DNA of 53,166 nucleotides from NCBI GenBank assembly GCA_017608045.1, contig JAFCGN010000007.1, positions 1 to 53,166 of the forward strand, written 5' to 3'. This document shows positions 1 through 9,214 of the stretch, in pieces (positions within the stretch are counted from its first letter, which is position 1; every line of letters starts with the position of its first letter). The position numbers were made by a program, and so were the translations under genes. The DNA is from Candidatus Parvarchaeota archaeon (lineage in GTDB: Archaea > Nanobdellota > Nanobdellia > JAFCGN01). Below the pieces are notes generated by a model. The model saw only the letters and a program-made list of their open reading frames with translations, had not been told where the DNA came from and made no database searches.

Positions 1-366
1 ATTATTAGGAAACCTGGTAGGGCGTGGCACTTACCCGGAGGGCATCCCGAGGACGGAGAGTCCTTGATACAAACTATTAAGAGAGAAGTGATGGAAGAAG
101 CGAGCGTTGAATTAAGCGATTGTCACTTAATTGGTTACTCAGAAGTCTTCTACCCTGAAAATCCTGACGAGATTGAAGGAGAGCATTATTATCAAGCGCG
201 CTTAGCCTGCAAGATCAAGAAGATTAATAAATTAAGAACAGATCCAGCAACAGGAATTCTTTTTGAACGAAAACTCGTAACACCACAAGAATTCCTTGAA
301 CTAATTAAATGGCCTGACGCTAAATTTTTACTAGAGAAAAGCCTTAAGAAAATAAAGGAAAATTAA
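1..366 (+). CDS. NUDIX hydrolase (5'-truncated by window edge)
   Basis: Frame 1 is open from base 1: IIRKPGRAWHLPGGHPEDGESLIQTIKREVMEEAS matches the Nudix box GX5EX7REUXEE. The ORF-track start at 64 lies inside this motif. Confidence 0.9.
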   Translation: MIRKPGRAWHLPGGHPEDGESLIQTIKREVMEEASVELSDCHLIGYSEVFYPENPDEIEGEHYYQARLACKIKKINKLRTDPATGILFERKLVTPQEFLELIKWPDAKFLLEKSLKKIKEN

Positions 367-470
367 AGCGAAGTTCATTAAAATCAGACTAAAATAGTAT
401 TGAAATATTGGATTGTGTGTTGTTTGCCTTCATTACTTCAAGGATTAAACTTAGATTAATTTAGTGTTTG

Positions 471-642
471 AATTTTTTTTTTGAGAGAGTTAAGGATGGG
501 GTTGCTTTTGAAAGATTAAAAAAGTTAATAAACATGATTTTATTAAAGTATAATTAAATTTTTTTTTTGAGAGAGTTAAGGATGGGGTTGCTTTTGAAAG
601 ATTAAAAAAGTTAATAAACATGATTTTATTAAAGTATAATTA
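471..642. repeat. Exact 86-bp tandem duplication (471-556, 557-642)
   Basis: AATTTTTTTTTTGAGAGAGTTAAGGATGGGG...AAAGTATAATTA occurs twice head-to-tail, ending 2 bp before the ATG at 644. Confidence 0.95.
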
Positions 643-643
643 T

Positions 644-3304
644 ATGAATAAGGGTTTAATGTTTTTTTTCATTGCCTTGTTTTTAGTTTTCTCTCTTTCA
701 ACGAGTTTAGCTCAAGAAACAAATGAGACTCTGTCAAATACTTCAACAAACAATTCAAATACTGTTTCAGATAACACTAATGCGAGCACTCATCAAAAGA
801 GTTTAATCACGAGTAATCAACAAGTAAATGAAGGAGAGAATATGATTCTTGAGAATGCTTCAACAAGAACACGAGAAAACATTCAAGCAAATAATAATGT
901 TTTTGAAAAAAAATTTGAAGAAAGGTTTTCGTGTGAAATTCTTTCAGGCAGTGAAAGGGATTCTTGTTATTTCGGGGAAGCAATGAATAAAGGTGATGTG
1001 AGTTATTGTGATGAGATTAAGAATGTTGCGGAAAAAGAGAATTGCGTAAAAGCGTTAATACGGTTTAAAGAAAAAAATAAAGCAGAAGTGAAAGGGATTG
1101 TGAAATCCGGAGAAGAGTACTTAAAAGATGAGGACAAGGATGGTGTTCCTGACATAAAAGATGAATGCTCGCACACTCCTGAAGGAGTGAGTGTTGATGA
1201 AAGAGGGTGTAAGATTATAAATCCAGAAACACTTGAAGGTTGTTTAGAAGTTTCTCAAAGAGATGATTGTTATTTAAGGTTTGCTTTAAAGAATAAGGAT
1301 AAAGAGCTTTGTGATAAAATTGAGGATGGCATTAAAAAAGATTCTTGCTTAGCAACTGTTGGAGGTGGCTTTGAAAAAACACTTCAAGAGAGGTACGAGG
1401 AAGGAGGAACAGAGTGCGAAGTAAGTGGTTCACCAAGAACTCCCGATGATTGCAAGAAACTCGCTAAGTGCAAAGGAGTTGATGGAACACCCATTCTTGA
1501 TACTCAAACAAAAATTGATGAATGCATTTTTCACATAGCATGGGAGAATAATAATATTAGTTTTTGTGATGAGATTTCTAATCCCTCAAAAAAAGAGGAT
1601 TGTAAGAAAGCATTAAGCAATGATTTTGAAGGAAGACATCCTAAAGCAAGAATGCCAACAAGCATTCCAGCACCAATACTTGAAGCAGGAGCAGAACAAG
1701 AATTCATACAATTTTTTTGCAAGAGTGTTAGGTCAGAGATTGAAGGGCAAATGATGACAGCTGTTTCTGCAATGATTGATTATTATAAAGAAATGAATGA
1801 GGATCCTGACTTAAACCTGGGTTTTGATTATTCTGAAATTGAGAAAAAAAGAGAGGATATTGAGAACGCTGTTAACAAGGTTTGTGCGAGTAATAAGGAT
1901 ACTTTTTCTATTGCTGCTGAAGAATTAAGCAATCTCATTGAAGGAGAGAATGGCATGGAAGAATTAATGGATGAAACAATGCGTTCCTTCCAGAATAAGA
2001 TAAGAGAAAGAATTAATTCCTTAAAAGAAGTAGCGTACGCTGAATCACAAAATAATTTTTTAGGACCTGAAAAGAGTTCTTCTAATGAGAAGGACTTCCA
2101 TGAATTAATTGAGGAAGTTAAGCAAGAGTACTTAAGCAAATTCACTATTAACGGACAAAATGTTGCTGGAATACCACTTGATGAATTAAATAATTGGCTT
2201 ACTCCTAACATGCAATTAGAAGGAGGAACGAGGGAAGAACTTGAACAAGCAATACAACAAGTAATGAATTACGAGCAACAATTAAGGAATGAAGAAAAAC
2301 AAAAAGCGAGTCAAGATTTCAAGCAAGCAGAAAAGAAAGGCGCTGAATTAGAGAGGTTCACAACAAAATTAGATACTATGATGACTGATTTAAGAAATAA
2401 GATGATGGCTCTTGAGAGAAAACAGAAGTCCACGCTTATTACATACTCAATAGAAAGATTTGAAGGGATGAGGAATCTTATTCAAAAAGTTGTTGATTAT
2501 AAAATAAGTAAAGCAGAAGAAAAGAAAGAAGAATTAAAAGCAGAAGGCATTAACACGCAATTATTTGAGGATGCTATAAAGGATATTAAAGATAAGATGA
2601 ATGAACTTGATAAAAAAATAGAGGATTACAAAAAAGAAGTGAGAAAAGCAGGAGACGAGCAAGAAGTTTGGGTTTTAGAAGGTAATATGACGAAAGAGAT
2701 AAACAATTTCATGAATGAATTAAATGATGTTTGGAAGGAAAAACAAGAAGAATTAAATGCTCGACTTAAGAAGGACTTGCAGAAAAAACAAGCAGAGAAG
2801 TTTTTTGAGAAATTGCAGGAATTCAAAGAGAATTACGAAAATCAAGTTAATTCAACAGGAATTAATACAACAAGAATGCAAGCAATTTACAATGACTTGT
2901 TAGTAGCGGAAGATAATGCAAAAAACGCTTATGAAGCAGGCAATTATGATGCTTGCATGATTTTCCTTGCTACAATAAAAGGCAAGTACGAATTATTAGA
3001 TGAAGCATGGAATGAAGCAAAAAAACAAGAAACAATAACCATGTTTTTAGATAAGGTAATGTCATTTCAAGAAAAAATAAGTCAAGGAATTAAGAAAGCG
3101 CAGAAACTAGGACTTAATACTACAACTTTAGAAGGATTAAATAATGAACTCAATACTCAAGTAAATAATGCGAGGGATAATTTTAACTCAGGAAGTGTTG
3201 AGGAAGCGTATGAATACGTTAAACAAGCAAGAGAGACTCTTAAACAAATCAAACTCGAATGGGATGCTTTAAATAAACTTGCTGTAAGCGGTGAATCAAA
3301 ATGA
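644..3304 (+). CDS. Large secreted/surface protein with Cys-rich repeats, a thrombospondin type 3-like motif and coiled-coil repeats
   Basis: Signal peptide MNKGLMFFFIALFLVFSLSTSLA; Asn/Ser/Thr-rich linker; three D.C[YI]...A.......CD.I.....K..C repeats; DEDKDGVPDIKDECSHTPEGVSVDERGC; three C-terminal G[IL]NT helical repeats. ATG 644 is preferred over 620. Confidence 0.75.
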   Translation: MNKGLMFFFIALFLVFSLSTSLAQETNETLSNTSTNNSNTVSDNTNASTHQKSLITSNQQVNEGENMILENASTRTRENIQANNNVFEKKFEERFSCEILSGSERDSCYFGEAMNKGDVSYCDEIKNVAEKENCVKALIRFKEKNKAEVKGIVKSGEEYLKDEDKDGVPDIKDECSHTPEGVSVDERGCKIINPETLEGCLEVSQRDDCYLRFALKNKDKELCDKIEDGIKKDSCLATVGGGFEKTLQERYEEGGTECEVSGSPRTPDDCKKLAKCKGVDGTPILDTQTKIDECIFHIAWENNNISFCDEISNPSKKEDCKKALSNDFEGRHPKARMPTSIPAPILEAGAEQEFIQFFCKSVRSEIEGQMMTAVSAMIDYYKEMNEDPDLNLGFDYSEIEKKREDIENAVNKVCASNKDTFSIAAEELSNLIEGENGMEELMDETMRSFQNKIRERINSLKEVAYAESQNNFLGPEKSSSNEKDFHELIEEVKQEYLSKFTINGQNVAGIPLDELNNWLTPNMQLEGGTREELEQAIQQVMNYEQQLRNEEKQKASQDFKQAEKKGAELERFTTKLDTMMTDLRNKMMALERKQKSTLITYSIERFEGMRNLIQKVVDYKISKAEEKKEELKAEGINTQLFEDAIKDIKDKMNELDKKIEDYKKEVRKAGDEQEVWVLEGNMTKEINNFMNELNDVWKEKQEELNARLKKDLQKKQAEKFFEKLQEFKENYENQVNSTGINTTRMQAIYNDLLVAEDNAKNAYEAGNYDACMIFLATIKGKYELLDEAWNEAKKQETITMFLDKVMSFQEKISQGIKKAQKLGLNTTTLEGLNNELNTQVNNARDNFNSGSVEEAYEYVKQARETLKQIKLEWDALNKLAVSGESK

Positions 3305-3657
3305 AGAAAATAATAATGTTGTTTTTAATCGGGGTTTGTTTATTTTCAATGGCTTGCGTATCCACTAATTCATTGAACAAAACGTTAAAGCCTTCGAGTT
3401 ATACAACAGAAGAAGATTGCGTTAACGCTGGTTTTTATTGGTGCGATGATGATAATGATGATGTTTATGCTTGTCAAAAAAATGAGTGCATTGGTTTAGG
3501 AAGTTTAAGTGATTTGCCTGACACTGAAGAAGAATTAACGAGTGATGAGGCATTAAGTGATTTAGATACGAGTGTTAATGATATTGGTTTAGGGGAGTTA
3601 GGGGATTTAGGCTTAAACATTTTTAACGGAACAGATGTTACTGGTGGATTAATTTAA
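3301..3657 (+). CDS. Putative acidic lipoprotein/secreted protein
   Basis: MKKIIMLFLIGVCLFSMAC lipobox-like leader, EEDCVNAGFYWC Cys motif, Asp/Glu-rich tail; overlaps the upstream stop. Confidence 0.65.
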   Translation: MKKIIMLFLIGVCLFSMACVSTNSLNKTLKPSSYTTEEDCVNAGFYWCDDDNDDVYACQKNECIGLGSLSDLPDTEEELTSDEALSDLDTSVNDIGLGELGDLGLNIFNGTDVTGGLI

Positions 3658-3762
3658 GAAAAGGATTAAGCGTTTTTTTATCTTACTCATTTTTTTTAGG
3701 ATTTGCATGATAAAATCGTTTTTTCAAAAGTTTTAAAAGATGTTATTAACTCAATATATTCT

Positions 3763-5250
3763 ATGAATAAGGAAGTTGAATTACAATCCTTTATTTTGAA
3801 GAACGGGTTTATATGGGGTCCTGAGCCAGAAATTTATGGAGGTGTTTCAGGATTCTATACTTACGGTCCTTTAGGAAAACTTCTTAAAAATAATGTTGAA
3901 AACGAATTAAGAAAGCATTTAATCTTAAACAAGTTTTATGAAGTTGAGTGCCCAACAATTCTTCCAAAAATTGTGTGGGAAGCAAGCGGGCATTACAATG
4001 GGTTTAATGATTTAATAATAAAATGCAGTAAGTGCAAAAAAGTTTTCAGGCCTGACAAATTAATTGAAGAAAATAAAGGAAAACCTGAAGGAATGACTAA
4101 GAAAGAAATGCTTGAATTCATTCAAGAACACAAGATTACTTGTCCTTCTTGCAAAGGAAGGTTTCAACAAAGAATTGAAGAAGCAACACTCATGATGAAA
4201 ACAATAATTGGTGTGGATGAAGAAGCTTACTGCAGGCCTGAAACAGCAACCACGACTTACTTACCCTTCCAAAGGTATTATGATTTCTTCAGAAAAAAAA
4301 CACCCATGCGTGTTTTTCAAATAGGAAAAGCATACAGGAATGAAATAAGTCCAAGACAAAATGTTCTAAGAGGAAGGGAATTCACTCAAGCAGAAGCTCA
4401 AATATTCTTAACTCAAGAAGAAAAAATTGATTTCAAAGAATACGAAGAAGTAAAGGATTTAAAACTCCCATTATGGCCTTATAAACAACAGAAAAAAGGA
4501 AAGCCAAAGAAAATGAGTTTAAAAAACGCTTTAAACAAGGAATACTTACGAAATAAAGCATACGCTTGGTGTCTTGGAATCACTTATACTTCTTTAATAA
4601 ATCTTGGGATTCCTGAAAACAAGATAAGGTTCAGGCAGCACTATCCAAAAGAAAGAGCGCATTACGCTCTTGATGCATGGGATGTGGAGGTTCTAACACC
4701 AACTTATGGTTGGATTGAAGTTTGCGGGGTTCATGACAGAGGGGATTATGACTTAACGCAGCATTCAAAAATGTCAGGAAAAAAACTTGTTTTTGAAGGC
4801 AAGAAAAAACCTCATGTTCTTGAAATCGCTTACGGTTCTGATAGAATCGTGCTCTCATTAATTGATATTTTCTTGGAAAAAGAAGAAGAAAGAATTGTTT
4901 TAAGACTGCCATCACATATCTCACCCATTAAGGTTAGCATAATGCCTTTAGTAAGAAAAGACGGGCTTCCTATTATTGCTAAAAACATATACAATGATTT
5001 AAGAAAAGAGTTTATTATTAATTATGATGAAACGGGTAGTGTAGGAAGAATGTATCGTAGGATGGATGAGAAAGGAACGCCTTACTGCATAACAATAGAT
5101 TATGATACAAAAAAAGATAATAGCGTGACAATTCGAGAAAGAGATTCAATGAAACAAGTGAGGATTAAAATAAAAGATTTAAAAGAAACATTAAAGAAAT
5201 TAATAAATCAAGAAATTGAATTCAAGAAAGCAGGAAAGAAATTCAATTAA
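3763..5250 (+). CDS. glyS: Glycine--tRNA ligase (archaeal/eukaryotic alpha2 type)
   Basis: EIYGG..GFYTYGPLG, WEASGH, RPETA, FQIGKAYRNEISPRQ, REFTQAE and C-terminal anticodon-binding domain. ATG 3763 is the likely start (ORF track: 3703). Confidence 0.97.
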   Translation: MNKEVELQSFILKNGFIWGPEPEIYGGVSGFYTYGPLGKLLKNNVENELRKHLILNKFYEVECPTILPKIVWEASGHYNGFNDLIIKCSKCKKVFRPDKLIEENKGKPEGMTKKEMLEFIQEHKITCPSCKGRFQQRIEEATLMMKTIIGVDEEAYCRPETATTTYLPFQRYYDFFRKKTPMRVFQIGKAYRNEISPRQNVLRGREFTQAEAQIFLTQEEKIDFKEYEEVKDLKLPLWPYKQQKKGKPKKMSLKNALNKEYLRNKAYAWCLGITYTSLINLGIPENKIRFRQHYPKERAHYALDAWDVEVLTPTYGWIEVCGVHDRGDYDLTQHSKMSGKKLVFEGKKKPHVLEIAYGSDRIVLSLIDIFLEKEEERIVLRLPSHISPIKVSIMPLVRKDGLPIIAKNIYNDLRKEFIINYDETGSVGRMYRRMDEKGTPYCITIDYDTKKDNSVTIRERDSMKQVRIKIKDLKETLKKLINQEIEFKKAGKKFN

Positions 5251-5305
5251 CATTAAGCACGAGAATAGAAATTATTTAATAATAAAAAAGAATTAATTCA
5301 TTCTT

Positions 5306-5701
5306 ATGAAGGACTGCATTTTTTGTAAGATTGTTAAAGGAGAAATTCCTTGTCATAAAGTGTATGAAGATGATTATGTTTTAAGTTTCCTTGATATAAC
5401 ACCAAGAACAGAAGGCCACACTCTTGTTATTCCAAAAAAACATTATGAAAATATTTACGAACTCCCTGATGAAGAAATAGGAAATTATTTCAAAGGATTA
5501 AAGAAAACAGCAATGATTCTTAAAAAAAAATTGAATGCGAAAGGCATGAATATTTTAAACAATAATGGTGAAGTAGCAGGACAATTCGTTTTTCACCTTC
5601 ATTTTCACTTACTGCCTAAATACGAAAAAGGAAAAGAATTATGGCCTGAAGAAGGATTTAAAGGAAGTTTAGAAGAGACCATGAAGAAATTGAAATCCTA
5701 A
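5306..5701 (+). CDS. HIT family (histidine triad) hydrolase
   Basis: DCIFCKIV, GHTLVIPKKH, HLHFHLLP triad. Confidence 0.95.
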   Translation: MKDCIFCKIVKGEIPCHKVYEDDYVLSFLDITPRTEGHTLVIPKKHYENIYELPDEEIGNYFKGLKKTAMILKKKLNAKGMNILNNNGEVAGQFVFHLHFHLLPKYEKGKELWPEEGFKGSLEETMKKLKS

Positions 5702-5710
5702 GATTAATAA

Positions 5711-6180
5711 ACTTCTAAAAAGATTATACTTGATTCTGTTATTGTTTCAGGATTTGTTAGCATTCTTTTCGGGAGGAATAGGAGTTCAGAAGACATTGAT
5801 CTTCTTTTAAAAAAATTAGATTATGCCTCATTTCAAAAGTTATGGAAGAAAATAAATAAGAAATTTGTTTGCATAAACGTGCAAGATGTGAAAAGCGCTT
5901 TTCACGATTATTTAGCAAAAAACATTGCTTTGCGTTTTTCAAAAAAAAATTCTTTTATCCCAAACATGGAATTAAGGTTTGTTAAATCAGATTTAGAAGA
6001 ATGAGTGCTTAATCAATTGAATTACAGATTTCATTTAAATTATTGCTTGGAAGCAAAAAAGATATTGAAGATGCAAAATTTTTGTATGACTTATTTAGGG
6101 AAAATTTGGACATGAATTTATTAAAAGAATTTAATAAAAAACTTAAAGTAGAGAAAAAGTTTAAGAAGTATGTGATGTGA
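5711..6180 (+). pseudogene. Disrupted archaeal nucleotidyltransferase-like gene
   Basis: VIVSGFVSILFGRNRSSEDIDLL (G...R..EDxD NTase motif) runs to an in-frame TGA at 6002-6004. After a frameshift it continues IELQISFKLLLGSKKDIEDAKFLY to TGA 6180. No start codon is visible. Confidence 0.75.
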
Positions 6181-6350
6181 GTCAAAGAAAAAAGGTTAAA
6201 CTCCCGAGAATAAATCTTGATGAAATAAAAAAGGATATTGAAAGGAATTTTAAGCAGAGATTAGAATTCATCGAGGAGTATGTTGAATGGCTTAAGAAAA
6301 CAAATAATGTTGTGTGGAGCGAGCAACAAAAAAAGATAATAAAAAAATAA
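6177..6350 (+). CDS. Small 57-aa helical protein, probable partner of the NTase (not in ORF track)
   Basis: GTG overlaps the NTase TGA (GTGA); MSQRKKVKLPRINLDEIKKDIERNFKQRLEFIEEYVEWLKKTNNVVWSEQQKKIIKK*. Confidence 0.7.
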   Translation: MSQRKKVKLPRINLDEIKKDIERNFKQRLEFIEEYVEWLKKTNNVVWSEQQKKIIKK

Positions 6351-7040
6351 TTATTTCTTTTTGAATCTCGTGAGACTAAGCAAAGCATAAGCAATCATGC
6401 TTATTAATCTATAAGCCCCCCATAATCCACTGAGCATGAAAGCATATCTTAAACTCAACATTGAATACGCGAGAGCGCGCAAATTCACTCCCTCACTAAT
6501 CACTTCAACACGCCCAGTAAGATTGAACTTCTCGCACAACCTCCTTGCTTTCAAAAGATTACCCCTGCATAAAACAATGATCTTATTATTCTTCACTCCA
6601 AGAGCATTAATGAATCTCTTAATCTCAGTGTGATTCAAAGGGTGAAGCACGACAACCTCAAAGAACACACTCAATTCCTCAGTGATGACTTCTCCAGCAA
6701 CGACAAGAGTGTTGTTCTTCAATAAGTCCACCAAGAAATTAATCCTATTCCTACTCAAATTACTTGCATTATCAATAAGGATTACGAACTCACCCATAAC
6801 TAATTTCCTTAATAATTCCTTCTTCCTGCCATCACCAAAATATTTTTGCAAATCACTCAAACAAAAATTAAAACTATCAAAAAATAAAGCATTAGGGAAT
6901 TCCTCGCGAACTCTTTCAAGCAAAACAGTTTTACCACTACCCAAATCACCCTTAACAAAAACACTCACATTATTCCTCACAAAGAAAACAATCCTCTCAA
7001 ACTCCTCCCTCCTAACCCAAGAAAAAAAATTAGTTCTCAT
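6351..7040 (-). CDS. Small AAA+/P-loop ATPase with hydrophobic C-terminus
   Basis: Walker A GDLGSGKT, Walker B-like VILIDNA, CRGN helical-lid motif, two hydrophobic C-terminal segments. Confidence 0.8.
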   Translation of the reverse strand: MRTNFFSWVRREEFERIVFFVRNNVSVFVKGDLGSGKTVLLERVREEFPNALFFDSFNFCLSDLQKYFGDGRKKELLRKLVMGEFVILIDNASNLSRNRINFLVDLLKNNTLVVAGEVITEELSVFFEVVVLHPLNHTEIKRFINALGVKNNKIIVLCRGNLLKARRLCEKFNLTGRVEVISEGVNLRALAYSMLSLRYAFMLSGLWGAYRLISMIAYALLSLTRFKKK

Positions 7041-7087
7041 ACTAAAACAAACTATTTAAATAAAATCTACTAATTAGTAGATTAATA

Positions 7088-7651
7088 ATGAAAAATGAAA
7101 AAACAATAAGAATTTATCAATATGTTTTAGGTAATTCAGGGAGTAATTTTAATCAAAAAGAGATAAGCAAGAAATTAGGAGTAAGTCCTCAACTTGTGAA
7201 TAAAGTCTTTAAAAAATTAAAAGAAGAAAAAATTTTGAATAAAGAATCAAAAAATTCTCATATTCTCGTGGATAAAATCAGGCTTTTAACAAAATATGTT
7301 TTAGCAAGGAGTTTTAAAGAAATAAATTATTTTGTTTTTGGTTCAAATTTTTATGATATAAGAGATTATTTTGAAAATCAAAAAATTTCTTATGCTTTTA
7401 CGCTTGATTCTGTCATTGAATTAAATCCTTCTAAAATTTATGCTTATGTTTTGCATAAGGATTTAAAAAAACTTGATTTAATCAAAACAAATTTTTCAAA
7501 AGCAAATCTTGTTTTATTCCCTGTTAAAGTGCTTCCTTTCAGAGAATTTACAGGAGAGTTTTGGAGAGTTAAGGATTTCGAACTACTTGCAGACATGTTT
7601 TATTTTAAAGAATACAAAAATATTTTGAAATTTTTTTTGCAAATTATTTAA
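7088..7651 (+). CDS. wHTH protein with AbiEi-like C-terminal domain
   Basis: NQKEISKKLGVSPQLVNKVFKKL HTH. The SYAFT...IYAYV...ANLVL...ELLADM pattern resembles type IV TA AbiEi antitoxins. Confidence 0.6.
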   Translation: MKNEKTIRIYQYVLGNSGSNFNQKEISKKLGVSPQLVNKVFKKLKEEKILNKESKNSHILVDKIRLLTKYVLARSFKEINYFVFGSNFYDIRDYFENQKISYAFTLDSVIELNPSKIYAYVLHKDLKKLDLIKTNFSKANLVLFPVKVLPFREFTGEFWRVKDFELLADMFYFKEYKNILKFFLQII

Positions 7652-8430
7652 AATATGTTTTTGTTTTTTCTACTTGCACCAAATAAGAATACTATCAAAA
7701 ATATAAAAAATAAAGGGTATTTAAAGGGTTCAAGCATTTGTCTTATTTTTGTTTTCCTTTTTTGGTTTAATTCTTCTGCAAGAATATCATCTAAACTTTT
7801 GTTTGAATAAAAATAATGGTTTTGAAACTCTTTGTTTAAAAAAAGAGTTCTTATTTCAACATTAGACACATTTTCACATATAATATAAGCATTTCCTTCT
7901 TCAAAATATTTTGTGCAATTATTATCATAGGGTTTTATCCAAAAAAGGCTTTTATTTAATTCATAATCACTATCTATTTTTGCATTTAATTCTTTTATTT
8001 TTGTGTTCTTGTCATAGTCTTGTTTTATAATGTTGATTTCAGTAATTGTTATATTATTTCCTTTAATTACTCCTGGAATTAAAAAATAATTATATGTTAT
8101 GTTAATGCTTTTATTGCATACAGGGTTTTGGAAGTAATATGATAAGGTTTTATGATTTTCAAAATCATTGCTTTCAAAAGTTCCATTTTCTCCGATTGCA
8201 CTTAAACCCCACAAGGTTATGTTTTCTTTTTTTGGAATTTTAATCTCTGTTTTGTTAAAACAAGTTTTGGAAGAATACATTATTGTTTTTGAATAATGCA
8301 CAATCCCGCTTTGACTTATGAAAATATTTTCCCAAACATATGGTGTTTCTTTATTTTTTTCAATACTTGATGCTTGTGCAATAGGTATGATGAGAAGGAT
8401 AATCATGATTGAAAAAAATTTGTATTTCAT
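7648..8430 (-). CDS. Secreted membrane-anchored protein (DUF2207-like)
   Basis: N-terminal signal peptide, beta-rich ectodomain with NxS/T sites, C-terminal TM helix. Confidence 0.6.
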   Translation of the reverse strand: MKYKFFSIMIILLIIPIAQASSIEKNKETPYVWENIFISQSGIVHYSKTIMYSSKTCFNKTEIKIPKKENITLWGLSAIGENGTFESNDFENHKTLSYYFQNPVCNKSINITYNYFLIPGVIKGNNITITEINIIKQDYDKNTKIKELNAKIDSDYELNKSLFWIKPYDNNCTKYFEEGNAYIICENVSNVEIRTLFLNKEFQNHYFYSNKSLDDILAEELNQKRKTKIRQMLEPFKYPLFFIFLIVFLFGASRKNKNIF

Positions 8431-8449
8431 GATTTCTTAAACTTTTTTT

Positions 8450-9031
8450 TTACTTATTTAGTTTTTTAATTACTTCAAAATCTTTCATTAAAATTGTTTT
8501 CTTATCAGGGTAATAAACAGCAAAAGCAGGGTGGAATAATGGGATTATTTTTAAGATTCCATTCAAAGTTGGTATTCTAAAAACTCTGCCATGCACTTCG
8601 CTTATTTTTTTTGAATCCAACCCATATTTTTTAAAAATGAAATTCATTGCATAACTCCCAAGAGGGCAAATAATTTTTGGATTAATTAAAGAGATTTGTT
8701 TATTCAAGAATTCACTGCAATATTTAATTTCCTGTGGTAAGGGTTTTCTATTGTTTGGAGGCCTGCATTTCAATAAACTCGTGATATAAACATTTTCTCT
8801 TTTAAGATTTATGTGTTTTAATAATTCATTAAGAACGCGTCCTGCTTTTCCAACAAAAGGTTTTCCTTGCATGTCTTCATTAAATCCTGGTGCTTCTCCA
8901 ATAAACATTATTTTTGCATTTAAATTACCTTCTCCAACAACAACATTGTTTCTTGTTTTGAATAACGCACACTTTCTGCAGTTTTCAATTTCTTTGCTCA
9001 AAATTTTCATTTTTTCTTCTTTTTCTTTCAT
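8450..9031 (-). CDS. udg: Uracil-DNA glycosylase family 4
   Basis: CRKCAL FeS cysteines, IGEAPG, PFVGKAG, KCRPPNNR, HPA. Confidence 0.95.
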   Translation of the reverse strand: MKEKEEKMKILSKEIENCRKCALFKTRNNVVVGEGNLNAKIMFIGEAPGFNEDMQGKPFVGKAGRVLNELLKHINLKRENVYITSLLKCRPPNNRKPLPQEIKYCSEFLNKQISLINPKIICPLGSYAMNFIFKKYGLDSKKISEVHGRVFRIPTLNGILKIIPLFHPAFAVYYPDKKTILMKDFEVIKKLNK

Positions 9032-9214
9032 TTTTCTTGCTATTTAATATATTCATTTGTTTTTTTAAACAATTGCTCGCAATTAACCAAACATTTTTAA
9101 ATTATTTTTTTCTTTTTTTACACATGTTGGTGTTGCCGTTCCGGTTCAAATAATCATGTGGTTTAGAAATTCTTTTAGTTATGACAAGATTAAAAAAAGA
9201 TTAACTTGTAAGAG

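Noticed and set aside
6002-6004. TGA recoding (Trp or Sec) suggested by ...LEE*VLN
   Set aside because: TGA ends several intact genes here (e.g. minD, 49743..51830), and the same gene has other lesions.
9121-9160. CACATG...CATGTG hairpin with GGTTCAAAT upstream of pheS (tRNA-like or regulatory RNA?)
   Set aside because: Only a 6-bp stem, with no cloverleaf and no C/D boxes; insufficient support.
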